Shown here: positions 9,218 through 17,822 of the stretch, one piece after another
Layout: every line of letters begins with the position of its first letter
Numbering within the stretch: position 1 is the stretch's first letter
From: Armatimonadota bacterium
GTDB lineage: Bacteria > Armatimonadota > UBA10988
NCBI GenBank assembly: GCA_016235455.1
Contig: JACRKZ010000019.1
Span: forward strand, 1-32,068
Reading direction: 5' to 3'
DNA: 32,068 nt
Position numbers and translations under genes: made by a program
The notes under the pieces: model-generated
What the model was told of the DNA's origin: nothing
Databases searched by the model: none
Seen by the model: only the letters and a program-made list of their open reading frames with translations

Positions 9218-10105
9218 ATGGTGGGCAGGCTCGTTTTGCTGCTGCTGGCTGTTGCAGCGACGTACGCTCAGGCCGCGACGGTGCTCGCACCGGGCGCGGA
9301 ACTCAAGCGCCTCTATGCCGATGCCGCCTTCACCGAAGGCCCCACCTGCGACGCGCAGGGCAACGTGTTCTTCTCCGACCAGCCCAACGACCGCATCTTG
9401 CGCTGCTCGACGGCCGGCGACGTGACGGTCTGGCGCCAGGGCTGCGGCCGCGCCAACGGCATGTGCTTCGCCCCCGACGGCGCGTTGTGGACCTGCGCCG
9501 ACGAGAAGAACGAGGCTTGGCGCATCGCGCCCGACGGCACTGTCGAGGTCCTGTTCCGAGCGTTCGCCGAGAAGCTGCTCAACGGCCCCAACGATCTATG
9601 GTGCGCGCCCAATGGCGGCTGCTACTTCACCGATCCGTTCTACAAGCGGGCCTGGTGGCAGCGCGGCGGCCAGGAGCAGCCGTGCCAGGGCGTCTACTAC
9701 CTGACCCCCGACCGCCAGACCATCGTGCGCGTCGCCGATGACCTGCAGTCGCCCAACGGCCTGATCGGCACGGCGGACGGCAAGACGCTGTACGTCGCCG
9801 ACTTGGGCGCGGGCAAGACCTACCGTTACGCCATTGCCGCCGACGGCAGCCTGAAGGACAAGGCCCTGTTCTGCGGCCTGGGCTCGGACGGCATGACCAT
9901 CGACGACGAGGGCAACGTCTACCTCACCGGCAAGGGCGTGCTGGTCTATGACAGCACTGGCAGGCAGATCGAGACGATCTCCGTGCCCCAGGGGTGGACG
10001 GCCAATGTCTGCTTCGGCGGCCCCGAGCGTCGGTCGCTCTACATCACCGCCGGCAAGTGCCTGTATGCCATTGCGACACGAGTCCGGGGCGTTGGCAGTC
10101 AGTAG
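9218..10105 (+). CDS. SMP-30/gluconolactonase/LRE family protein (secreted)
   Basis: FTEGP, FFSDQPND, NGPNDL, YFTDP, PNGL, SDGMTIDDEGNVY, ANVCFGG. GGAGG RBS and signal peptide. Confidence 0.92.
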   Translation: MVGRLVLLLLAVAATYAQAATVLAPGAELKRLYADAAFTEGPTCDAQGNVFFSDQPNDRILRCSTAGDVTVWRQGCGRANGMCFAPDGALWTCADEKNEAWRIAPDGTVEVLFRAFAEKLLNGPNDLWCAPNGGCYFTDPFYKRAWWQRGGQEQPCQGVYYLTPDRQTIVRVADDLQSPNGLIGTADGKTLYVADLGAGKTYRYAIAADGSLKDKALFCGLGSDGMTIDDEGNVYLTGKGVLVYDSTGRQIETISVPQGWTANVCFGGPERRSLYITAGKCLYAIATRVRGVGSQ

Positions 10106-10113
10106 GAGCCACC

Positions 10114-11151
10114 ATGGTGCGACCGGTCTTCGCGCGGCACCCCGAGAACCCCATTGTGCGGCCCGGTGGGCCCGACTGGCGTCGATGTGTGACGTTCAAC
10201 CCCGGCCTCCTGTACGATGACGATCGGTTCTGGCTGTATGAGCGCTGCGCCGGCGGACTGCGTCCGTTTGTCTGCCATATCGCGCTGCTAGTCAGTGACG
10301 ATGGGGTGCACTTTCAGCAGGTTGGCGACCAGCCCGTCTTCTCGCCGGGCATGATCGGCAGCCCGCTGGGCAGCGTGCAGGACCCGCGCGTGGTGAGGAT
10401 CGACGACCGCTACCTGATGACCTATGCGTGGCGGCCCTTTGCCTGGCATTCGCATCCCACCGGGGTCGGCGTGCCGGAATCGTTCGAGCCGACGTGCGAA
10501 GGGTTCAGTGGCCGCAGCGAGGACAACCAGACGCGCTCGGGCATCGCCGTGTCGGCCGACCGCGTGCACTGGGAGCACTTGGCCTGGCCCACGCCGCCGG
10601 AACTCGACGACCGCGATGTGATCCTGTTCCCTGAGCGCATCGACGGCCGTTACTGGCTATTGCGTCGGCCGCAGCAGATGCTCGGTGTCTCCTGGCGCAC
10701 CCAGCAGCCAAGCATGTGGCTGGCCTCGTCAGCCGACCTGGCCGAATGGACCGAGCCCGAACTGCTGGCCGAGCCGAAGTACGCCTGGGAAGGCGGAAAG
10801 ATCGGCGGCGCCACGCCGCCCATCCTGACCGAGGCAGGCTGGCTGGTCCTGTACCACGGGGTGGAGGAGACGGACCCGCTGTTGCGCACCGTCATCTACC
10901 GCGCCGGCGCGATGCTGCTCGACCGCAACGATCCCCGGCGCATCCTGGCCCGGACCCCCGAGCCGCTGCTGGAGCCCGAGGCCTACTACGAGCGCACGGG
11001 CCTGTACATCCCCAACGTGGTCTTCCCCACGGGCGCTGTCGTGCGCGACGGCCTGCTGTGGGTCTACTACGGTGTCTGCGACACCGCCATCGCCCTGGCG
11101 ACGACGCCGGTTGACGTGCTGCTCGACCACCTGCTCAGTTGCCCGGCCTGA
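10114..11151 (+). CDS. GH130-like glycosidase/mannoside phosphorylase (5-bladed propeller)
   Basis: RHPENPI, FNPG, QDPRVV, DDRDVILFPERIDG, KIGG, YHGV, PNVVFPTG, YYGVCD. AGGAG RBS. Confidence 0.88.
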   Translation: MVRPVFARHPENPIVRPGGPDWRRCVTFNPGLLYDDDRFWLYERCAGGLRPFVCHIALLVSDDGVHFQQVGDQPVFSPGMIGSPLGSVQDPRVVRIDDRYLMTYAWRPFAWHSHPTGVGVPESFEPTCEGFSGRSEDNQTRSGIAVSADRVHWEHLAWPTPPELDDRDVILFPERIDGRYWLLRRPQQMLGVSWRTQQPSMWLASSADLAEWTEPELLAEPKYAWEGGKIGGATPPILTEAGWLVLYHGVEETDPLLRTVIYRAGAMLLDRNDPRRILARTPEPLLEPEAYYERTGLYIPNVVFPTGAVVRDGLLWVYYGVCDTAIALATTPVDVLLDHLLSCPA

Positions 11152-11157
11152 CCAGCC

Positions 11158-13575
11158 CTATTGCGGCAGCAACTGCACGCAGTCGAGACCGATCATGTAG
11201 CCGGTGGACTTGGGGTTCTTGTCCACCGCGCGCAGCGTCAGTTTGTGCTTGCCCTCGGTCAGGTCCTGCACACCAAAGGTCTGCTTGCCGCTGGGCGCCA
11301 CACCCTCGTGGTAGGCGTCGAACTTGCCCAGCACCTTGCCGTCCAGCTCGACCTGGCAGATGCCATAGTCAGCGGCGGTGCACAGGTACAGGTTGAGTTC
11401 GTAGCGGCCGGCGGCCTTGACGGGCACCTCGACGGTGAAGTAGCTGTCCTGCTTACGGTTGGGGAACCAGAGCTGTGTGTCGCCGCTGAAGCGGTCGCCC
11501 AGGCCTTGGATGGCCGTCTCGCTGCCCACCGCTTCCAGCACCTTCAGGCTCTCGCCCTCAACCACGTTCTTGAACCGCACGGGCTTGAGCAGCACGTAGT
11601 CGATGCCCACCGTGAAGCCCGTGGCGGCCCCGGCCTTACCGGCGGAGGTGAACTGCAGGACGTCATCGCCCTTGAGGACGACCTCGCCCAGCGAGACCTC
11701 GGCGACGCCCGGCGCCGCGGCATAGCCGTCGATGGCCGGCTCCAGCGGCTGACCGTTCAGGCTGACCTTGAACTGGCCGTGATCCGGCCCGCGTTCGATG
11801 CCTACGGCCAGAAGACTGTCGCCCTGGCGGCCCAGATCACCACGCAGATCGAAGCTCTCGCCAGCCGCTGCTGCGGCCTGCCGCACGCCCTTCGAACCGC
11901 TCAACGCATCGCTGGCCGCCACGATGGGATCGGCCCCTTGGTGCGCGGCCACGGTCAGTGTCTCGGCTTCCACCGCGCCTTGGACGATGCGGCCCCACGG
12001 TACCAGGTCGGCGGCCTTGGGGGTCTCGAAGAAGTCGGTGCCGCCGGGCATGGCATACCAGTAGGCGGTGGAGGCGTAGCTGTTCTTAACCTTGTCGCCG
12101 AACGTGTAGTTCTCGATGGTCATGCGCAGCTTCTGCTCGAACGGAATGTTCTCGGTGATCTGGTAGCGCCAGCAGCTCTGCTTGCGGTCGTGCGGGTCGG
12201 TCGAGCCGTGGTAGGGGTTGTTGAACCAGACGATGCCCCAGGCATCGCCGAAGAAGTCCTCCGAACCGGTGCCGAAGACGGACGGGAACGCCTCCCCATC
12301 GACATACGCCCGCTCGTCGCCTTCACCCCACCAGCCGCCGTGGGCGTTGTCGGTGAACAGCGCCATGCCCACATAGGTGCCGCGGCCCTGGCACTCCAGG
12401 AACGGATACTCGAACACGGTGGATGGCTGCTCGACGCGGAACCGGGCGTGGAAGCGTGCCGTATCAGCCGGCAGCGCGCCAGGCCTCCAGGCCAGATCCC
12501 AGGCCAGCTTGGCCGGCTGCGTGCCCAGGTTGATCGCCGTCCAGCGGGCGCGCTTGGCAAAGGGCATGCGGAAGTAGCTGTACCACTTGCCGTCCAGATG
12601 GCCCAGCGGCAGCGACGTGTAGGGCCGCTCGGCGAACTTCAGGCCACCCACGAAGCCCTCGCCGAATAGCGCCTCGACTGGCGCCTCGACGGCCGGCTTG
12701 GGGTCGTCGTCCCAATAGGCGCGCAGCAGCACCAGGCGTGAGGCCCACTTCTCGCCGCCAATCAGGCTGGCGCGCAGCGCGTGGATCGTCGCCGGCCCAT
12801 CGATGCTGGTCAGCTCCACCTCGCCGCCGGGCGCCACGGTCGTCTCGGCCGAGCGGGTGGCCAGGCCGGCGCTGGGCTGCGGATCGGTCCCGGACTTGGC
12901 CAGACGGTCGCCGACTTCGGCCAGCAGCCTGGTCTCCTCGGCGCTCAGCGGCAGCCGGAAGGTCTTGACCGGCGTGCCGGGCGCGAAGGTGCGGTACTGG
13001 ACGTGGTAGTACTGGCCTGGCGGCACGAGCTTGCCCTCGGCGTTCTTGACCATGACCGCGGCGACGCGCACGCTCCTGGCGAACGCGATGGGCAGCCAGC
13101 AGTCCGAGGCCGGATTGCCGCCACCCAGCACCACGCGCCGTTGCCACACCAGCGGCATTCGGAACGGCTCCACCTTGCCCGTGAACAGCTCGTTGAAGTC
13201 CCATTCGTAGCTGGGCTGCTCGGCACCGTCCAGGTAGATGCGCAGCCGGCTCTGCGGATTGGCCGACCAGATGCGGTAGATGACGCCTGGGCCTTTGATA
13301 TCCGCCATGACGGCCTCGCCACGGGCGGCGTCGACCCCCATGTAGTGGCCGGCATCGCCGTTGGCTTCCCAGCCGATGTACTTGCCCGTGGCGGCGTCGA
13401 GGCGCGAGGCCCGGTCGTAGCTCGACGACTGGACGCATCGCGCGCCAGCCTCCAGGATGGGCAGGCCGTCGAGATCGACAAGCTTGCGCAGGAACCACGA
13501 CTGATCGCGGATCTCCTGAGCCTGGGCGGCACAGGTCAGCATGAGGGCGAGGACAACGAACCAGACAGCACGCAT
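11158..13575 (-). CDS. DUF2961/GH172-like glycoside hydrolase with C-terminal carbohydrate-binding-type domains
   Basis: SSYDR, GPGVIYRIWSANP, YFRMPF, WWGEGDE, FGTGSEDFF, AYWY. Two repeated C-terminal beta-domains (GIDYVLL, GLDCVQL). Signal peptide. Confidence 0.85.
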   Translation of the reverse strand: MRAVWFVVLALMLTCAAQAQEIRDQSWFLRKLVDLDGLPILEAGARCVQSSSYDRASRLDAATGKYIGWEANGDAGHYMGVDAARGEAVMADIKGPGVIYRIWSANPQSRLRIYLDGAEQPSYEWDFNELFTGKVEPFRMPLVWQRRVVLGGGNPASDCWLPIAFARSVRVAAVMVKNAEGKLVPPGQYYHVQYRTFAPGTPVKTFRLPLSAEETRLLAEVGDRLAKSGTDPQPSAGLATRSAETTVAPGGEVELTSIDGPATIHALRASLIGGEKWASRLVLLRAYWDDDPKPAVEAPVEALFGEGFVGGLKFAERPYTSLPLGHLDGKWYSYFRMPFAKRARWTAINLGTQPAKLAWDLAWRPGALPADTARFHARFRVEQPSTVFEYPFLECQGRGTYVGMALFTDNAHGGWWGEGDERAYVDGEAFPSVFGTGSEDFFGDAWGIVWFNNPYHGSTDPHDRKQSCWRYQITENIPFEQKLRMTIENYTFGDKVKNSYASTAYWYAMPGGTDFFETPKAADLVPWGRIVQGAVEAETLTVAAHQGADPIVAASDALSGSKGVRQAAAAAGESFDLRGDLGRQGDSLLAVGIERGPDHGQFKVSLNGQPLEPAIDGYAAAPGVAEVSLGEVVLKGDDVLQFTSAGKAGAATGFTVGIDYVLLKPVRFKNVVEGESLKVLEAVGSETAIQGLGDRFSGDTQLWFPNRKQDSYFTVEVPVKAAGRYELNLYLCTAADYGICQVELDGKVLGKFDAYHEGVAPSGKQTFGVQDLTEGKHKLTLRAVDKNPKSTGYMIGLDCVQLLPQ

Positions 13576-13667
13576 GGCTAGCTCCGGGCAACGGCGCGGG
13601 AGCGTTCGCCGACACCGACACCGCTCCTCCCTGCGGGGCGGTGCATTGGGGCGCTGGCCGGGGGCGA

Positions 13668-14744
13668 TCAGCCGTCCTTGGCCCAGGCTTGCGGCTCCAC
13701 CCCCAGCACCTCGCCCGACGCCGCGGCGCGGTCAATCATCATGCCCAGGTAGTGGTCTTGGGCGGCCTCGGCCACGGAGTAGAACGAGGGCCCGCCGGCG
13801 GCGTAGTCAGCCATCTTCGCCAAGCACGTGGCCACCGCAATCTCGTCGTCGGACAGGCGGCCCGGCGCGGCCGGGTTGCGGTAGACCCACTCGCCCGCCA
13901 GCTCGATGCCCTTGTGGTACATGCCCTCCAGGTTGCCGTCGTGGCCGGCATCGCGCCGCAGCAGCTCGGCGGTGTGCGGGGTGCGGAAGTCGCTCAGCCA
14001 GCGCACGGTCGTGTTGCTGATCTCGCCGCGTTCGCCGCGTACCAGCACGCGTGGCGACCGGACCCATGAGAAGTACTGCGAGCCCGTGAAGTCGAAGACG
14101 CCCAGCTTATCGCCGTAGTCCAGCCAGGCGATGGTCTGGCCAGCCTGCTCCAGGTGCTCCGCGCTGGGCGGGCCATCGCGGCCCGGCCCGGCCACCAGCG
14201 GCGACACGAAGCCGCGCGCGGTGATGCGGCAGCCCTCGAAACGCACTCCCAGCAGCCGCCGCAGCAGGCTCACGCCGTGGTAGCCGTGGGCCACCGAGAC
14301 CTGTGCCTGCGACACGCTGCCCAGTCGGCCCGAGGCCACGACGGCCTCTCGCGCCGCGTGCATCGGCTGCCAGCAGTACTGCTCGGCCACCTGCAGCCGT
14401 GCGCCGCCGGCGGCCAGCTCGCAGACGCGGCGCAGCCCCATCAGGTCAGGTGCCGGCGGCGTCTCGGCCAGGGCAGGAATGCCGCGCTCGGCCAAGTCGG
14501 CCAGCATCACCGGCGTCACCGGCCAGGGCACGCTGACCACGACGAACGCCGGCGAGCCCGCGGCCAACTCGTCCAGCGAGGCCACCGTCGGCACGCCCCA
14601 GCGCGCGCCGAAGGCCTTGGCCTTGTCCGCGTCGCGCACCAGCACACTGCTCACGGCAAACCGGTCGGGCAGAGCCTGAGCCGCACGCAGGAAGAACTCG
14701 GTGCGCCAGCCGGCGCCCACGATGGCAAAGCGAACGGGTTCCAT
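13668..14744 (-). CDS. Gfo/Idh/MocA oxidoreductase (ETPP variant)
   Basis: FAIVGAGWR Rossmann motif, ETPPA in place of EKP, QVAEQY, HGYHG. Confidence 0.85.
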   Translation of the reverse strand: MEPVRFAIVGAGWRTEFFLRAAQALPDRFAVSSVLVRDADKAKAFGARWGVPTVASLDELAAGSPAFVVVSVPWPVTPVMLADLAERGIPALAETPPAPDLMGLRRVCELAAGGARLQVAEQYCWQPMHAAREAVVASGRLGSVSQAQVSVAHGYHGVSLLRRLLGVRFEGCRITARGFVSPLVAGPGRDGPPSAEHLEQAGQTIAWLDYGDKLGVFDFTGSQYFSWVRSPRVLVRGERGEISNTTVRWLSDFRTPHTAELLRRDAGHDGNLEGMYHKGIELAGEWVYRNPAAPGRLSDDEIAVATCLAKMADYAAGGPSFYSVAEAAQDHYLGMMIDRAAASGEVLGVEPQAWAKDG

Positions 14745-14754
14745 GGACAGTCCT

Positions 14755-15813
14755 TTACAAGGCTCGCCCGTCGCGACCGCCGCCCACGCCGCTGTATGGG
14801 CTGCCGGGGTCCCAGTCGGTGGGCTCGGGCGGCACGAAGTCGGCCAGCGGGAAAGTCACGCGACAGCGGTGGCGACTGCTCAGATAGGCTGCTTCCACCA
14901 CCTCCAGCGCCAGCAGCGAGCTCTGCACCAACCGATCGTCGTGCTGGCCACTGATGATCATGCCGGCCAGGCTCTCCAGATGGCGCTGATGGCCGCTGAC
15001 CGGCAACGGCTCGGGGTGGAACGCGGCGCCCTCGGGGTGCGCGCTGTTGAGCAGCCAGTAGGCGCGTTCCCAGGCCCAGAACTCGATCTGACCGCGCTCG
15101 CCGTTGAGCCGGAACAACATGCCCTTGCCCGGCCGGCTGATGCGCACGTCGTCGCCCGTCTCCATGATGATTCGCGTGCCGCCAGCGGTCTGCGCGTAGG
15201 TCGCGGCGACCGTCTCCACCTGCATCCCGTCGCGATAGGTGCGAGTCGACGTATCACACTGGGCGATGACGCTGGCGATGGGCTCGTTGCCCGTGAGCGC
15301 CATGACGAAAGTGAGCCAGTGAATGCCGGCGTTGATGATGTCCCACTCGGCGCATTCGATGAGGACCGACTGCAGCCGACCGATCTCGCCGCGATGGACG
15401 CGCTCGATGATCTCCAGCGAGTGCGACATGGCGTGCAGGCCGTGCGGAACGACCATGGGCAGCCCGGCCGCGTGCACCGCGTCGACCAGGCGCCGGCCGG
15501 AGGCGGCGGTGTGGCCCAACGGCTTCTCGACCAGCAGACCGCGGACGGCGGTGCCCAGCGCGGCCAACGTGACCTCCTCGTGGCTCGGGGCGAAGGTACT
15601 GACGCAGACCACGTCGGTCGGGCACTCGGCGAACATGGTCTCGGCGCTGGGGTAGCAGCGCAGCCCGGGATAGCGCTCGGCCAATGCGCGGCGCACGTCG
15701 TCGCGCAGATCGGCCGCGGCGCGCAGGTCGTAGAACGACGACGCCGTCAGCGCGTCCAGACTCAGCCGGCCGCCCATGCCGCCACCGACCACGCTTGCTG
15801 TGAACCGTGACAT
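14755..15813 (-). CDS. Gfo/Idh/MocA oxidoreductase
   Basis: Start reassigned to MSRFTASVVGGGMGG. DVVCVST..PSH, LVEKP, DIINAGIHW. Confidence 0.85.
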   Translation of the reverse strand: MSRFTASVVGGGMGGRLSLDALTASSFYDLRAAADLRDDVRRALAERYPGLRCYPSAETMFAECPTDVVCVSTFAPSHEEVTLAALGTAVRGLLVEKPLGHTAASGRRLVDAVHAAGLPMVVPHGLHAMSHSLEIIERVHRGEIGRLQSVLIECAEWDIINAGIHWLTFVMALTGNEPIASVIAQCDTSTRTYRDGMQVETVAATYAQTAGGTRIIMETGDDVRISRPGKGMLFRLNGERGQIEFWAWERAYWLLNSAHPEGAAFHPEPLPVSGHQRHLESLAGMIISGQHDDRLVQSSLLALEVVEAAYLSSRHRCRVTFPLADFVPPEPTDWDPGSPYSGVGGGRDGRAL

Positions 15814-16128
15814 CGCTCTCACCGTCTCCCTGCGACTTCGGCGTCGTGGCTGGCCATCCTCCCGCCAACGTAACGCCCAGCTTAAGTTGGCCGGGCATTG
15901 ACCGATAGATGAGATGTCGGGTGGAAACCAGCGTCGGCCTCGCGGCCGCGCTGGTGGAAGCATCTAGGGGAGGCCGACAGGCGCACCCTCGGCCGCGCGT
16001 AGCGGGCTGAGTACGCCGCGACACGCCAACGCGTCCGCGTTGGCACTCCCTCTTCGTAGCGCACCGGCGCGCCGCGAGCCGCGGCCGCCGAGCCGGACGG
16101 CTTGCGGGCCGTCGACCGAAGGGGAACG

Positions 16129-16923
16129 ATGATGATTACGGTTGTGCTGGTGGAGGATGTGCGAGCCGCGCGCCTGCTGGTCAGGCGCACACTGGAGCGT
16201 CGCCCGGATGTGAACGTGGTGGATGAGTGCGGCACCGCGGCGGAAGCCCTGGCCGCCTGTCAGCGCTGGCTGCCAGACATCATCTTCCTGGACCTGAGGC
16301 TTCCCGACCAGGACGGTGCGCTGCTGCTCGGCCCGCTCCGGCAGTTGCACCCCACGGTGCGCGTGATTGTTCTCACCTCGGACTACCAGCGCGAGCGAGC
16401 CCTGCTGGCCGCTGGCGCGCAGGCCTACATGGCCAAACCGGTGGTCACCGAGTTGCTGCTGGACGTGGTGGACGAGGTCATGGCCATACCCGACCAGGAC
16501 TTGGCCCCACGCCAGGCGTCCAAGGGCCCCGATGCCTACCGGCAGCGCGTGTTGCTGGTCGACGACGACCAGTCCAGTCGCCGACTCCTGTCGGCCCTGG
16601 TCTATCGCCTGGGCGCCTCGGTCGTCGGCGAAGTGGCGCGACTGGCCGATCTTGAACAGGCGCTGCGTTCATGCCGGCCTGACCTCTGCCTGCTCGACGT
16701 GGAAATGGACGAGGGTTCCAGCCTGGGCTGGCTGGCCTCGCATCCCCAGGTCAGCATGCCCCCGACCATCGTCGTCTCGTCCCACGCCGAGTGCGGAGTG
16801 GTTGCGGCCGCGGTGCGGGCGGGCGCCAGCGGTTATGTACTCAAACCGGTCGAGCCCCGGAAGCTCGCCGCGGCCATGGAGAAGGTCCGATCTGCCTCTC
16901 CTCAGCTCGCCCCAGCGGCGTAG
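16129..16923 (+). CDS. Response regulator made of two receiver domains with no output domain (copy 1)
   Basis: REC1: VLVED / IFLD / LTS / AKP. REC2: LLVDDD / LLD / VSS / LKP. RBS AAGGGG. Confidence 0.87.
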   Translation: MMITVVLVEDVRAARLLVRRTLERRPDVNVVDECGTAAEALAACQRWLPDIIFLDLRLPDQDGALLLGPLRQLHPTVRVIVLTSDYQRERALLAAGAQAYMAKPVVTELLLDVVDEVMAIPDQDLAPRQASKGPDAYRQRVLLVDDDQSSRRLLSALVYRLGASVVGEVARLADLEQALRSCRPDLCLLDVEMDEGSSLGWLASHPQVSMPPTIVVSSHAECGVVAAAVRAGASGYVLKPVEPRKLAAAMEKVRSASPQLAPAA

Positions 16924-16990
16924 TGTGAACTCAATGTAACTCTCTGTGCCTAATCAAGCCGGGCTTCCGTGCGCAATTGGTGGCCCAGAG

Positions 16991-16999
16991 TGGTATGTT
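16991..16999 (+). promoter_or_regulatory. Extended -10 (TGGTATGTT) of a probable leaderless transcript
   Basis: The -10 hexamer ends 6 nt before ATG 17006, and there is no SD sequence. Confidence 0.5.
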
Positions 17000-17005
17000 T
17001 AGCCC

Positions 17006-17776
17006 ATGGCCACGATAGTACTCGTCGATGATGTTAAAGCGGCGCGTCTGCTGGTACAGCGTACCTTGGAGCGCACGGCCGACTGGCAGGTGGTTGCCTC
17101 AGTCGCGACGCCGGCTGAGGCCATTTCCGCCTGCCAGACGCACCGCCCAGATGTGGTGTTCGTGGATATGAACCTGCCCGCGCAAGGCGCGCGCATGGTG
17201 ATCTCGCCGCTGCGCCATGTGCACCCCACGGTGCGGATCATCGCGGTCTGCACAGGCGACGAGACCGAGGCCGAGATCAAGGCCCTCGGCGCCCAGGCCA
17301 TGATTACCAAGCCGGTGAGCGCGGACGAACTCGACCGAGTGGTGCTGCGCGTGCTGGCTATGAGTGACGAAGAGGTGGCCAACGCGCCGCGGCAGGCCGC
17401 CGGCCTGGCCAGCATACTGCGCGTTGTGGTGGTCGAGGACGACCAGGTCACGCGCCGCATGCTCACGCGCATGGTCGGTCGCCTGGGTGGCGACGTGGTC
17501 GGCGAGGCCACCGCGCTGACCGAGCTCGAGCCCACGCTGCGCGAGGCCTTGCCCGATCTGCTGCTGCTCGATGTCAACCTGAGCGATGGCTCCAGCCTGG
17601 ACTTCCTCAGTGCTCACCCGGAGATGTCGCTGCCGCCCACCATCATCATCTCGTCGCATGCCGACCGGCCCACGGTCGAGGCCGCGCTGCGCGTCGGCGC
17701 GGGAGCCTATGTGCTCAAGCCCGTGCAGCCCTCCAAACTGGCCGAGGCCATGCAGCGAGCGATGCAAGCTTCGTGA
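17006..17776 (+). CDS. Response regulator made of two receiver domains (copy 2)
   Basis: REC1: VLVDD / VFVD / CT / TKP. REC2: VVEDD / LLLD / ISS / LKP. Clear paralog of 16129-16923 (AARLLV.RTLER, HPTVR, APRQA, GSSL, PPTI, YVLKPV). Confidence 0.88.
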   Translation: MATIVLVDDVKAARLLVQRTLERTADWQVVASVATPAEAISACQTHRPDVVFVDMNLPAQGARMVISPLRHVHPTVRIIAVCTGDETEAEIKALGAQAMITKPVSADELDRVVLRVLAMSDEEVANAPRQAAGLASILRVVVVEDDQVTRRMLTRMVGRLGGDVVGEATALTELEPTLREALPDLLLLDVNLSDGSSLDFLSAHPEMSLPPTIIISSHADRPTVEAALRVGAGAYVLKPVQPSKLAEAMQRAMQAS

Positions 17777-17801
17777 CTCCCGCTCGTGCATCTGCTACCA
17801 T
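17773..17801 (+). promoter_or_regulatory. Putative sigma70-type promoter GTGACT-N17-TACCAT (with TG extension)
   Basis: 17-bp spacing, followed by a GGAGGAG RBS and ATG at 17823. Confidence 0.45.
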
Positions 17802-17822
17802 CCGCCGTCGGGAGGAGCACGC

